Notes: generated by a model from the sequence alone, not told the origin. A stretch of DNA of 64,000 nucleotides from Candidatus Wolfebacteria bacterium (GCA_024654025.1 JANLIR010000002.1:101639-165638); one strand, 5' to 3'; positions 18,775-28,554 are shown, counted from the first letter of the stretch. Numbers and translations are program-made.

Positions 18775-20946
18775 ATGACACTTCTTCTTATTGATGCCAA
18801 TGCCCTCATACACCGATGTTTTCACGCCCTGCCGCCTTTAACCAGTTCCCAAAATAAACCGGCCGGAGCTCTATATGGTTTGTCCGCGCTTCTTATAAAA
18901 ATTTTAGACGAACAAGCGCCTGATTTTGTGGCTGCTTTTTTTGACCGGCCAGAACCGACTTTTAGGAAAAAAATGTACGACGACTACAAAATCCACAGGC
19001 CAAAAGCTCCCGACGAACTTGTTTCTCAGATTATCGACGCTCATGAACTTTTTGAAAATTTTGATATTTCGACTTTTGAAATTCCGGGATTTGAGGCTGA
19101 CGACTTAATCGCCACAACCGCCAGAAAATTTCAAGACGCTCCTGATTTAAAAATAATAATTTTAACAGGAGACCTTGATTCCCTTCAAGTCGTCAAAGAC
19201 GACAAAGTAGTGGTGGAAACCTTAAAAAAAGGCATCAGCGAAACAATCATTTATGACGAAACCGCCGTAAAAGAACGTTTCGGCGTATTACCCCAACAAC
19301 TTCCCGACTATAAAGGCCTTGTTGGCGACCCGTCAGACAACATTCCGGGCGTGCCGGGCATAGGCCCAAAAACAGCCGCTCCAATTATCCAAAAATTTTC
19401 CACCCTTGATGATTTTTTTAAAAACGCAAACATAAATGAAGAAAAATCATACCAAAAAATTTTTAGCTTTAAAGACCAGGCTCTTTTATCAAGAGATCTC
19501 GCAGTTTTTCATTTTGACGCTCCTCTTGAAATAAAAGATTTATCTCAATTAAAATATGAATTTTCTGATAAAAAAACCGGAAAAGCAACCGAAAAAACAA
19601 CAAAAAAAACGATCTCTTATTTTGAAAAAATGGGTTTTAAAAGTTTAATAAAAAGAATCGCTTCAAAGCCGGGAAAAGATCAATTTGGAATAATTAAAAC
19701 AACAAACAAAAAAACGCCTTCTTCCAGACAAGGACATCTTTTAGAAGCCGACGCTTCAGCGGAAGCTATTCAAAAAATAGAAAAACCTTTAACTCCGATT
19801 TTACGGCAAATGGAAATGTGGGGCATTAAAGTTGACCGTGAAAAACTTAAAGAAATGAAGCTTGGCGTAAACGAAGAAATAAATGAGTTAGTTAAAAAAA
19901 TTTACAGGGAAACCAGCGGTGAAATTTTCAATATCAATTCTCCAAAACAGCTCGCCAAAATCCTTTTAAAAAAATTCTCCATCAAACTCAAATCAACCAA
20001 CGCTCAAAAACTTGAGGCCTTAAAAGAAAAACCAGAAATTATAAATTTGGTTTTAAAATACCGCGAACTTTTTAAACTCAAATCAACCTACATAGAACCT
20101 CTTGCAAAATTTATTAAAAGCGACGGACGAATACACACTACTTTTATCCAGCTGGGCGCGGCAACCGGCCGACTCGCTTCAGAAAACCCAAATTTACAAA
20201 ATGTTCCCGACATTATAAGACCGGCGTTTATTGCTGAGAAAAACTATAAGTTCGCGGCGTTTGATTATTCTCAAATAGAACTTCGCATACTGGCAACTTT
20301 AACCAGTGACCCTAAAATGTTGGAATTTTTTATGAAGGGAGAGGATATTCACACAATGACCGCCAGCCAGATTTTTAACGTTTCACCCGACAACGTTGTT
20401 CCTCAAATGCGTCGAGTCGCTAAAACATTAAACTTCGGAGTTATTTACGGAATGGGCGTTCGAAAATTCAGCCATGAAAGCGGCCTCTCTCAAAATGAAG
20501 CAAAAAAATTCATAACCGAATACTTTAAAGATTTCTCCACCATAAAAAAATGGCATCAAGATATTATCATGCAAGCCAGAATTGACGGTTTTGTGGAAAA
20601 TTTAAACGGCCGCAAAAGAAATCTCCCGGGAATAAATTCCCTAAACCCCAAAGAGCGAACCGATTCCGAACGAATGGTCATAAATTTTCCCATTCAAAGT
20701 TTAGCCGCTGACATCATCAAGCTCGCAATGGCGAAAACCAAAGAAAAATTGGAGAAGATGGGAGTTTGGGGAACAGACATTAAGATGCTTTTATCAATCC
20801 ACGACGAGTTAATTTTTGAAATAAAAAACTCGCCCGAGCTCAAAAAAACCGCCGAAGCGATTGAAAAAATTATGGAATCGGTTTACAAATTAAAAGTTCC
20901 GCTGAAAGTGAACGTAAAAATCGGAAACAATTGGGGAGAATTATAA
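18775..20946 (+). CDS. polA: DNA polymerase I (5'-3' exonuclease + polymerase domains)
   Basis: N-terminal LIDANALIHRCFHA exonuclease motif; pol motifs DYSQIELR, RRVAKTLNFGVIYG, IHDELIFE. Confidence 0.85.
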   Translation: MTLLLIDANALIHRCFHALPPLTSSQNKPAGALYGLSALLIKILDEQAPDFVAAFFDRPEPTFRKKMYDDYKIHRPKAPDELVSQIIDAHELFENFDISTFEIPGFEADDLIATTARKFQDAPDLKIIILTGDLDSLQVVKDDKVVVETLKKGISETIIYDETAVKERFGVLPQQLPDYKGLVGDPSDNIPGVPGIGPKTAAPIIQKFSTLDDFFKNANINEEKSYQKIFSFKDQALLSRDLAVFHFDAPLEIKDLSQLKYEFSDKKTGKATEKTTKKTISYFEKMGFKSLIKRIASKPGKDQFGIIKTTNKKTPSSRQGHLLEADASAEAIQKIEKPLTPILRQMEMWGIKVDREKLKEMKLGVNEEINELVKKIYRETSGEIFNINSPKQLAKILLKKFSIKLKSTNAQKLEALKEKPEIINLVLKYRELFKLKSTYIEPLAKFIKSDGRIHTTFIQLGAATGRLASENPNLQNVPDIIRPAFIAEKNYKFAAFDYSQIELRILATLTSDPKMLEFFMKGEDIHTMTASQIFNVSPDNVVPQMRRVAKTLNFGVIYGMGVRKFSHESGLSQNEAKKFITEYFKDFSTIKKWHQDIIMQARIDGFVENLNGRKRNLPGINSLNPKERTDSERMVINFPIQSLAADIIKLAMAKTKEKLEKMGVWGTDIKMLLSIHDELIFEIKNSPELKKTAEAIEKIMESVYKLKVPLKVNVKIGNNWGEL

Positions 20947-21384
20947 CGGCTTTATTACAACATACCGGTCCTTTCCTTCTCCGGCGCTTTCGGTTTTTAA
21001 ATCCGGCCGGTCAGCGAGTTCAGTGTGCACCAGTCGCCTTTCGTAGCTATTCATGGGCGGAAGCGAGATCTCTTCTTTTGTAGCAACGGATTTTCGAGCA
21101 GCTGCCCGCGCTAATTCCAAAATTAGTCCTTCCCTTTCTTTTAAATAATTGTTTACGTCAATTATGATATCTTCCCAGCCCTGTTTTTTTGTTATAAGCC
21201 GTACCAGATAATTTATATCCGAAACAAAATACGGCAGCATATCTTTGAAAAATTTCGAGTCGCTTATTAAAACACTCACCCTTCGGCTTTCCTCGTTTGC
21301 TTCCACGCTAAAATCATCGAAACCTATTTTTTCGATTATTTGGCTAATTGTTTCCTTTATTTGGCTCGTTTGGCTGGTATTCAT
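20941..21384 (-). CDS. jag: Jag/KhpB-like R3H RNA-binding protein
   Basis: C-terminal R3H-like segment SYERRLVHTELADRPDLKTESAGEG; overlaps and lies downstream of yidC as in the conserved yidC-jag pair. Confidence 0.6.
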   Translation of the reverse strand: MNTSQTSQIKETISQIIEKIGFDDFSVEANEESRRVSVLISDSKFFKDMLPYFVSDINYLVRLITKKQGWEDIIIDVNNYLKEREGLILELARAAARKSVATKEEISLPPMNSYERRLVHTELADRPDLKTESAGEGKDRYVVIKPL

Positions 21385-22057
21385 TTTTCTTTAATGATTT
21401 ATTGATTATAACTTGTTGAATAACCGAAAAAACCGTCGTTGTCAACCAGTAAAGCGCGATAGCCGACGGTAATTTATATAAAATTACGACCGTTAAAATC
21501 GGCATAAAATACAGCGTCATCGAAGACATTTGTTTTGCCAGTTTTTCTTCTTTAGATAAATTTTGATTCGTTTGCGGAAGAATAGTTAACTTCGCTTGAA
21601 GATATTGCGACAAAGCGGCGAGCAAAACCAAAATAATGCTTGGATTGGCCAAATTTACCAAATTCAAAAATTGAGGATTTAAATTCGGAATCGTTTTTAT
21701 GCTTTGGCTGAAAATTTGAAACAGCGCGATCAAAATCGGAAGCTGGACTAAAATCAAAAGCGCGAATTGAGAAAAAGGATTAACTTTGTGCTCTTTATAA
21801 AGCCGCATCGTCTCAGCCGCCAATTTTTCTTTGTCGTTTTTATGTTTCTTTTTTATTTCGTTAAGTTTTGGCGCAAGCCGCTGCATTATCGCCTGATCCT
21901 TGGCGCCCTTATGAAATACCGGATATAAAATAACCCTGACGATAACGGTTAAAATAATTACCGCTAAACCAAAATCATGAAACGCAACACTATTATAAAT
22001 ATAGACAAGAAGGCTAAAAAGCGGCTGGTAAAAAATTTTATTAAATAATGAAATCAT
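21344..22057 (-). CDS. yidC: Membrane protein insertase YidC/Oxa1 (short form)
   Basis: 5 TM helices; conserved QLPILIALFQ-type helix; position next to jag. Confidence 0.7.
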   Translation of the reverse strand: MISLFNKIFYQPLFSLLVYIYNSVAFHDFGLAVIILTVIVRVILYPVFHKGAKDQAIMQRLAPKLNEIKKKHKNDKEKLAAETMRLYKEHKVNPFSQFALLILVQLPILIALFQIFSQSIKTIPNLNPQFLNLVNLANPSIILVLLAALSQYLQAKLTILPQTNQNLSKEEKLAKQMSSMTLYFMPILTVVILYKLPSAIALYWLTTTVFSVIQQVIINKSLKKNEYQPNEPNKGNN

Positions 22058-22112
22058 AAAACTAATTTACAACCTACCACCTGCGACTCACAACTGCAAG
22101 ATTTTAAAAATT

Positions 22113-23153
22113 TTAATATTTATTGTCAGATGTCGGTTGTCGATTATCGATAATTTTTAAATGCTTATAAGCATCCTTGCTGGCAACTCTGCCACCCGCG
22201 GTTTTATGAAGCAATCCTATTTTTATTAAAAAAGGCTCGTAAACGTCTTCAATAACTCCTTTTTCTTCGCCCAAAACCGCCGCTAAAGTAGCCAGTCCGG
22301 CTGGACCGCCTCTAAATTTTTTTATTATTATTTCTAAAAGCCGTCGGTCATAACTTTCCAAACCCAAATCATCGATTTCCAAAAATTTTAACGTCTCTTG
22401 AGCTAAGTCCTCGTCGATAATTTCCCTTTCGCTTACTTCCGCCAAGTCTCGTGCCCTTTTTAAAAGACGGTTGGCTATTCTTGGCGTAAAACGGGAGGCT
22501 CTGGAAAGTATTTCCCCTGCTCCTTTCGTAATTTTTACTCCTAAAATTTCCGCTGAACGAAAAATTATGTCTTCAATATCTTTATTTTCATAATAATCAA
22601 TTCTAAAGGTCGCGCCAAAACGCGAGCGTAGAGGAGACGACAAAAGATTGGGACGAGTTGTGGCCGCCACCAATGTAAAAGGCGGTAAATCCAAAGTCAA
22701 CGGCCGGGCAGCCGGGCCTTTCCCTATCATTACGTAAATCTGGCGGCTTTCGAGCGCCGGATACAAAACCTCTTCTATTGCCCGATTTAACCGATGAATT
22801 TCATCTATAAAAAGCACTTCGTTTTCCTCTATTGAAGAAAGAAGAGCTATCAAGTCGCCTACTCTTTCTAAAACAGCGCCGGAAGTAATTCTGATATCAG
22901 CTCCCATTTCTTTAGCGACCAAACACGCAAGCGTTGTTTTCCCCAATCCAGCCGGGCCGCAGAACAAAAGATGATCTACCGCTTCTTTTCTTTTTTTGGC
23001 GGCGGTTAAAATAATTTTCAAATTATTTTTTAGTTTTTCTTGGCCGATAAAATCTTTCCAATTACCCGGCCTTAAAACAAAATCAATTTGTTTTTCGTCG
23101 TTAGACTTTTTATTCACTAAAAACGTTTTTTCCTTGTTTTTTAAACTTTTCAT
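22113..23153 (-). CDS. ruvB: Holliday junction branch-migration helicase RuvB
   Basis: LRPGNWKDFIGQE..., Walker A GPAGLGKTTLA, sensor motifs. Confidence 0.85.
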   Translation of the reverse strand: MKSLKNKEKTFLVNKKSNDEKQIDFVLRPGNWKDFIGQEKLKNNLKIILTAAKKRKEAVDHLLFCGPAGLGKTTLACLVAKEMGADIRITSGAVLERVGDLIALLSSIEENEVLFIDEIHRLNRAIEEVLYPALESRQIYVMIGKGPAARPLTLDLPPFTLVAATTRPNLLSSPLRSRFGATFRIDYYENKDIEDIIFRSAEILGVKITKGAGEILSRASRFTPRIANRLLKRARDLAEVSEREIIDEDLAQETLKFLEIDDLGLESYDRRLLEIIIKKFRGGPAGLATLAAVLGEEKGVIEDVYEPFLIKIGLLHKTAGGRVASKDAYKHLKIIDNRQPTSDNKY

Positions 23154-23212
23154 TGTTTTTAGTATAGGCTTGACCCTGTAGTAATCCCGTTTTTAGCAAA
23201 ACTACTATGGGG

Positions 23213-23240
23213 TTGACATTTATTTCAAAATACGTATACT
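23213..23240 (+). promoter_or_regulatory. Sigma70-type promoter TTGACA-N16-TATACT driving the candidate sRNA
   Basis: ttgaca at 23213-23218, tatact at 23235-23240. Confidence 0.45.
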
Positions 23241-23246
23241 TATAGA

Positions 23247-23398
23247 AACTCTCTGGTATTGCGGGTAATGGGAGTATTTTTAGCTCGGAAGGATTGGTTC
23301 CGGCTGGTCCTCTCCTCGAAAATACTCTTAAACTTGCGCGGCGCGCAATTAAATCTCTCTCGCAGGGAGATACCCGCAATACCAGGGAGTTTTGTTAT
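23247..23398 (+). ncRNA. Candidate structured small RNA (~150 nt) of unknown class
   Basis: 15-bp perfect closing stem (23254-23268 ctggtattgcgggta pairs with 23371-23385 tacccgcaataccag), inner stems including the palindrome ttgcgcggcgcgcaa, then a U-tract; no coding potential; its own promoter. Confidence 0.3.
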
Positions 23399-25072
23399 TT
23401 ATTCCCATTCTATCGGTCCGGTAACCCCTTTTATTTCATCAAAAGTGGTTATGCCGCTTATCACTTTTAATATTCCGTCCTGCTGCATTGTTGTCATTCC
23501 TTTATCCACGGCAAATTTATTAATCGCTGTTTCTCCTGCTTGCTTAGATATTAATTCTTCAACTTCTGAACCGACTTCCAAAAGCTCGTAAATCGCCACT
23601 CTTCCTTTATAACCCATACCCAAACAATTATCACAGCCTTTTGGCTCAAAAATTTTAATATCTTTATACTCGCCTTTATCCACTCTTTTGGGCAGTTTAT
23701 CTAAAAACTTTTTAATATTATTTTCCAAGTCTTTTTCTCCACCGGCTGGCGAATTAGCCTCAACTTTACAATTCTGACAAAGCCTCCGCACCAAACGCTG
23801 GGCTATTATTAATTTCAAAGCCGGCCCGATACTTACATTTTTTACTCCCAAATCCAAAAGCCGGGGAATGGCTCCGGCTGACCGATTAGCATGAATGGTT
23901 GAAAAAACTAGGTGGCCGGTTAGCGACGCTTGAATGCCGATTTCCGCGGTTTCTTTATCTCTAATTTCTCCGACTAATATAACGTCCGGATCTTGCCGCA
24001 TTAACGACTTTAATCCGCTGGCAAAAGTGTATCCCGCTTCTTCGTCGACTTGCGTTTGTTCAATCCCGTCAAGATGATACTCAATCGGATCTTCAATTGT
24101 TATTATTTTTATTTCCGGAGATTTTTTTGTTTTTAAAAAGGTATATAGAGTAGTTGTTTTCCCTGATCCGGTCGGACCGGTATTTAATATAAGTCCGTCC
24201 GGCCTTTCCAAATTCTTTTGGATTATTTCCAGATCATCGTCTCTAAGGCCCAAATCTTTAAGAGAGAGGTTTATCGAATCCGGATCTAGTAGTCGCATCA
24301 CAATAACTTCTCCGAATTCCGACGGCGCCAAAGCGACTCTCACTTCAACGTCTTTGCCGGCTAATTGAATGGTAAACCGGCCGTCCTGCGGTTTATTAGA
24401 AATATTTAACTTTAGCCCGGAAAGAAGTTTTACTCTGGAAACCAAAAATTGGTAAAAATTAGATTTTAAAACAAAAACATCTCGGAGCAATCCATCAATT
24501 CTAAGCCGTAGTTTAATATTTTTCCCTGTTGGTTCAAAATGAACATCAGACGCTCTATTTAACAAAGCGCCGGCTAAAATAATTTCGAAAACCTGTGCGG
24601 CGTTAAAAGATTCAAATTCCTGTTTTTCTAAAAATTCTTTAAACCCTCCTAAAGTTGAAAGTTCTTTTTTTAACTTTGAAACATCTTCTACTTCAACCTT
24701 GCCGGTTATTTTTTCAGTTTCAACCGGCGCGTATTTATAAAAATTAAAAGCGTGCTCCAAACCGCTTAATGAAACAACAAACACCGAATATTCGTAGCCC
24801 TTCTTAGAAAAATCGTCAAGAACTTTTTTTACAGCCGGACTGGCCGGATCAACACAGACCACGGCAAGTTTGTTTCTCTTTTTTTCAATAACCGCCATCT
24901 TAGCTTCTCTAGATATTTTTTCATCCACTAAAGCCAAGGCCTCAACAACTACCGGCGTTTTAGATAAATCGACGTATTTTAAATTTAAATTTACAGCCTT
25001 TCTTTGAGCGTCTCTTTCTTCAGCCTCTCGCTTCATTTTCGCCAATTTATCGGTTAAGTTGCCAAAAATCAT
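23399..25072 (-). CDS. pilB: Type II/IV secretion / type IV pilus assembly ATPase (GspE/PilB family)
   Basis: N-terminal T2SE_N-like domain; Walker A GPTGSGKTTTL; Cys tetrad CQNC...CDNC. Confidence 0.8.
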   Translation of the reverse strand: MIFGNLTDKLAKMKREAEERDAQRKAVNLNLKYVDLSKTPVVVEALALVDEKISREAKMAVIEKKRNKLAVVCVDPASPAVKKVLDDFSKKGYEYSVFVVSLSGLEHAFNFYKYAPVETEKITGKVEVEDVSKLKKELSTLGGFKEFLEKQEFESFNAAQVFEIILAGALLNRASDVHFEPTGKNIKLRLRIDGLLRDVFVLKSNFYQFLVSRVKLLSGLKLNISNKPQDGRFTIQLAGKDVEVRVALAPSEFGEVIVMRLLDPDSINLSLKDLGLRDDDLEIIQKNLERPDGLILNTGPTGSGKTTTLYTFLKTKKSPEIKIITIEDPIEYHLDGIEQTQVDEEAGYTFASGLKSLMRQDPDVILVGEIRDKETAEIGIQASLTGHLVFSTIHANRSAGAIPRLLDLGVKNVSIGPALKLIIAQRLVRRLCQNCKVEANSPAGGEKDLENNIKKFLDKLPKRVDKGEYKDIKIFEPKGCDNCLGMGYKGRVAIYELLEVGSEVEELISKQAGETAINKFAVDKGMTTMQQDGILKVISGITTFDEIKGVTGPIEWE

Positions 25073-25109
25073 TTAATAATCTTACCAAACAAGAGCCAAT
25101 AAGCAACTA

Positions 25110-25150
25110 AAAACCCCTCTACAGCCTAAGTTGGAGAGGGGTTTTGTTTA
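25110..25150. terminator. Bidirectional intrinsic terminator hairpin (cccctct...agagggg with U-tracts on both strands)
   Basis: seen in sequence. Confidence 0.5.
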
Positions 25151-25155
25151 TATAT

Positions 25156-25452
25156 TTAAGCGTTTTCTTCCTGTCCCATTCCTCGAGTCGAACCCTCCGG
25201 CTCAACTATCTTAAGATTAACGCGAGCGTTATTTTTAATACCAACGATTCTAAGCAAAGATCGAATAGCTTTTGCCGTCGCGCCTTGTCTCCCCACAACT
25301 GTTCCCATATCAGTCGAGTCAACTTTCAATGTAAGAAGAACTCCCATCTCATCGATCTTTCTTTCAACTTGCACTACTTCAGGTTTGCCCACAATTGCTT
25401 TTACAACGAATTCCAGAAAATCTTTATCTCTAAATTCCATATCAGTTTTCAA
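25156..25452 (-). CDS. khpA: KH-domain RNA-binding protein (KhpA/YlqC-like)
   Basis: VVGRQGATAKAIRSLL is a GXXG-containing KH motif; lies downstream of rpsP as in many bacteria. Confidence 0.6.
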   Translation of the reverse strand: MKTDMEFRDKDFLEFVVKAIVGKPEVVQVERKIDEMGVLLTLKVDSTDMGTVVGRQGATAKAIRSLLRIVGIKNNARVNLKIVEPEGSTRGMGQEENA

Positions 25453-25497
25453 TACCCTTTGCTTTATTCAATTCGACCTTTCTTCGCTTACGCTACA

Positions 25498-25613
25498 CGA
25501 TGCCAATATACGACCCATTCGGCAAGCTCAGGTCTTCGACTCCGAGACTCAGACTCGAGGAGGTCGTCCTGAGCAGACCGAAGGACGAATGACATGCGAA
25601 TGATACGAATAAT
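25498..25613. repeat. Inverted copy of the 95-bp module plus arm fragment, in the KH-gene upstream region
   Basis: see 5890-6002. Confidence 0.8.
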
Positions 25614-25647
25614 GTATTTAACTCTCCTGCTTCGTCTCTTCAATATT

Positions 25648-26046
25648 TTATTCGACAACCGGCTCTGAAATAATTTCTTCTACGCTGGGTTTTTCTTCCA
25701 CGCCATTAGCCGTGGCCTCTTCAATAACTTGTTCAGTAGCTGAAACCACTGCGGCTGTTTTCCCTGTTTCTTGCGGTTTTTTGGATTTCTTATGAACTGC
25801 GATTTTATGGCCTTTTATAATTCCGGCTTTAACCAAAAGATTATGCGCTGTGTCAGTAGGCCTAACTCCTTCTTTAAGCCATTTCTTTGTTTTTTCTTCA
25901 TTTAATGAAAATTTGTTTGAGTGGGGGTTCCAAAAACCAAGGTCGTCAACATAACGGCCTTGTAATTTAGACTTCTTCTCGGCAACCACCACTCGAAACA
26001 TCCTCTGGTGCTTTTTACCCGCTAATTTAAGTTTTATTGCTAACAT
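25648..26046 (-). CDS. rpsP: 30S ribosomal protein S16 with C-terminal extension
   Basis: MLAIKLKLAGKKHQRMFRVVV...GFWNP. Confidence 0.85.
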   Translation of the reverse strand: MLAIKLKLAGKKHQRMFRVVVAEKKSKLQGRYVDDLGFWNPHSNKFSLNEEKTKKWLKEGVRPTDTAHNLLVKAGIIKGHKIAVHKKSKKPQETGKTAAVVSATEQVIEEATANGVEEKPSVEEIISEPVVE

Positions 26047-26047
26047 A

Positions 26048-26186
26048 CCCAGTACTACAACTTCGATATTATTTATTTCGAAGTTATATTATAAAATTTA
26101 ATAACTATTAAGCTCCAATACTATACACCGCTTAGAAATCCTGTAAATAAGCCTTCTTAGGACTTCGTCGAAGTTGTAGTACTGGG
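26048..26186. repeat. 19-bp perfect inverted repeat (cccagtactacaacttcga / tcgaagttgtagtactggg) enclosing ~100 bp, abutting the rpsP start codon
   Basis: seen in sequence. Confidence 0.6.
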
Positions 26187-26242
26187 CATAAATTTAGTGA
26201 ACTAAAGATAAATAATTTAGGGGAAAAAAGCAATATCCCCGC

Positions 26243-28390
26243 TTAATTCTCCAGTTTTAACGACAGAAGCTTTGAAGTCCCGTCTTCGTTCATTGTCACG
26301 CCATACAAAACATCGCTTACCTCCATCACCGCTCTGTTATGGGTTACTATAATAAACTGCACTTTATTGGCAAATTCTTTTACCAAATTAGCGAATCGTT
26401 TTGAGTTGTGTTCGTCCAAAGGCGCGTCTATTTCGTCTAAAACCAAAAACGGCGGCGGGCTCACCGATATTAAAGCAAACAAGGCCGCAATAGAAACCAA
26501 ACTTTTTTCTCCGCCTGACAAAACGTCCAAACTTTTTATTTTTTTCTTCGGCACGTTTAGTTCGATTTCAATTCCTGCTGTTTCTTCTTCGCCTTGTTCA
26601 ACCTCCTCGCCTTCCTCGTTTATTAAAGCCGGTTTTTTTTCTATTTTTTCCAATTTCAATTTCGCCGAACCTCCGTCAAACATCAAACGGAAAAATTTAT
26701 TAAATTCTTCATTTATGGATTTTAACGAGCCATTAAATCTCGAACTTATCTCGCCGGTTAATTCTTTAATTAAATTATTTAAGTCAATAGTCGCTTTTGA
26801 AAGATCTTCTGATTGCGTAATTAAAAAATTATAGTGGTCCTCGACTTCTCTGGCTTCTTTCACAAGCGCTTCGTCCACTTCTCCGATGCTTGCCAATTCT
26901 CCGCGTAATCTAAACATTTGCCTTTCTATATCAACTTCTTGGCGAATTTCTTCTTGAAGTTTTTCCAATTCTTCAAATTCCTTCAAGTGCCGTCCTATTC
27001 TTTGCCAATCATCTTTTAAGTCCGCCAATCTCAAATCGGTTTTTTTTTTTTCAAAAATATAGCGGTTTTTTCTCCCTTCCAATTCCCTCGTTTCTTCTTT
27101 TTTTTCTTCAACCAATCCATAGGCGTTTCTAAATTTCAAATTAAAGTTTTCTCGTGCCTTTTCTAAATTTTCTTCCTCCCCTCGTATGGATTTTAACTCC
27201 TCTTCTATTTCGTCTACTTGTTTTAACAACGCTTCTTTTTGTTTTTTTATATCTTCAGGAACCGCGCTTGGTCTTTTTTCAGATTTTTCAAAAAAATCGT
27301 TGATTCGGGAAATTATTTTTTTTATTTCTGATAAAACGGCTTCTAATTCTTTCACGGCCAGACTTTCATCCAGCTTCGTTTTTATTTCGGAAATTAATGA
27401 TGTTAATTCTTCTTTTTTCACCACCTCGCCGCTGTCTTCCTTAGAAAGGCTTGAAAATTCTATCTGCGCCTCAAGCCGGCCGATATCTTTTTGCAGTTGA
27501 AATCTTTTTGTTAAAAGTTCTCGCTCTTTTCTTTTAAGTTCCTGAAGCGGCTCGTTATTGAAAGAATAATCTTCAACTTTTTTTAAATCATCTATTAACA
27601 CCGCAAGTTCCTCTTTTTTTTGTTTAATTTGATTGTCTAACGCAAAAATTTCCTGGTTGGTTTTAATTTTGTTTTCCTGCAAGTCCTTGGACTTGGCGAA
27701 GAAAAAAATATTTTCTAATTTTTTTAATTCTTTTTCTTTTTCTTCCCGTTTTTCCCATTTTGAAACCTGTCTTTTTAAAGTTCTCAGCCGCGGCAGAACC
27801 TCGTCAACCATCGCTTTGACTTTATCCAAATTCTGAGAGGTATTTTTTAATTTTCTGGAGGCTTCTGATTTTTTAAGCTGGTACTCTTTAAGACCTAAAA
27901 TTTCTTCTATCATGGCTCGGCGCTCCTCTGACGTAACCCGCACAAACAAATCGCTTGACCCCTGATTTATAATCGTTAAGCCTCTTGTCCCCAACCGGAC
28001 TCTCGCAAAAAAATCAATAATATCTTTTACTCTAACTTCCGATTTATTAAGCGTATATTTAGAATTGCCGTCGCGGTCTATTTGCCGAACTATGATAACC
28101 TCGTCAAATTCTACCGGGAAAAACCCGGAATTATTGTCAAAATAAACGCTTACACTAGCCATTCCCATTCTAGGTTTTTGGTTAGTGCCGGCAAAAATAA
28201 GGTCTTCCGCTTTGCCGCCCCTTAAATTTTTAGCCTCCCTTTCTCCTAAAAGCCAGCGTATCGCGTCAATAATATTTGACTTGCCAGAACCATTCGGCCC
28301 AACAATAGCCGTAATACCTTTTGGAAATTCTAATACCGTTTTTTGGGCAAAAGATTTAAATCCGTTTAGTTCTAAAGATTTTAAATGCAT
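26243..28390 (-). CDS. smc: SMC-family ATPase (unusually short, 715 aa)
   Basis: Walker A GPNGSGKSN; signature LSGGEKSL; Walker B LVLDEIDAPLD; central coiled coil. Confidence 0.65.
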   Translation of the reverse strand: MHLKSLELNGFKSFAQKTVLEFPKGITAIVGPNGSGKSNIIDAIRWLLGEREAKNLRGGKAEDLIFAGTNQKPRMGMASVSVYFDNNSGFFPVEFDEVIIVRQIDRDGNSKYTLNKSEVRVKDIIDFFARVRLGTRGLTIINQGSSDLFVRVTSEERRAMIEEILGLKEYQLKKSEASRKLKNTSQNLDKVKAMVDEVLPRLRTLKRQVSKWEKREEKEKELKKLENIFFFAKSKDLQENKIKTNQEIFALDNQIKQKKEELAVLIDDLKKVEDYSFNNEPLQELKRKERELLTKRFQLQKDIGRLEAQIEFSSLSKEDSGEVVKKEELTSLISEIKTKLDESLAVKELEAVLSEIKKIISRINDFFEKSEKRPSAVPEDIKKQKEALLKQVDEIEEELKSIRGEEENLEKARENFNLKFRNAYGLVEEKKEETRELEGRKNRYIFEKKKTDLRLADLKDDWQRIGRHLKEFEELEKLQEEIRQEVDIERQMFRLRGELASIGEVDEALVKEAREVEDHYNFLITQSEDLSKATIDLNNLIKELTGEISSRFNGSLKSINEEFNKFFRLMFDGGSAKLKLEKIEKKPALINEEGEEVEQGEEETAGIEIELNVPKKKIKSLDVLSGGEKSLVSIAALFALISVSPPPFLVLDEIDAPLDEHNSKRFANLVKEFANKVQFIIVTHNRAVMEVSDVLYGVTMNEDGTSKLLSLKLEN

Positions 28391-28413
28391 ATCACTTCGC
28401 TAATATGATACCA

Positions 28414-28553
28414 ATATACTAATTTTACTAATGATACGAATGGATACTAATTTTATTATATTCGTATTTATTAGTATCATTCGAATGCATTCGTCCTTCG
28501 ACTTACTCAGGACGACCCTGAGTCGGTCGAATGGGTCGTAGATTTGTATCACG
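28414..28553. repeat. Compact complete element (left arm + right arm + truncated module) filling the smc-rnc spacer
   Basis: seen in sequence. Confidence 0.7.
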
Positions 28554-28554
28554 T

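Noticed and set aside
23247-23398. SRP (4.5S) RNA identity for the sRNA candidate
   Set aside because: The conserved helix-8 motif (GGAAGGAAGCAGCC-type asymmetric loop) is not present; only a partial cggaagga match. Class left open.
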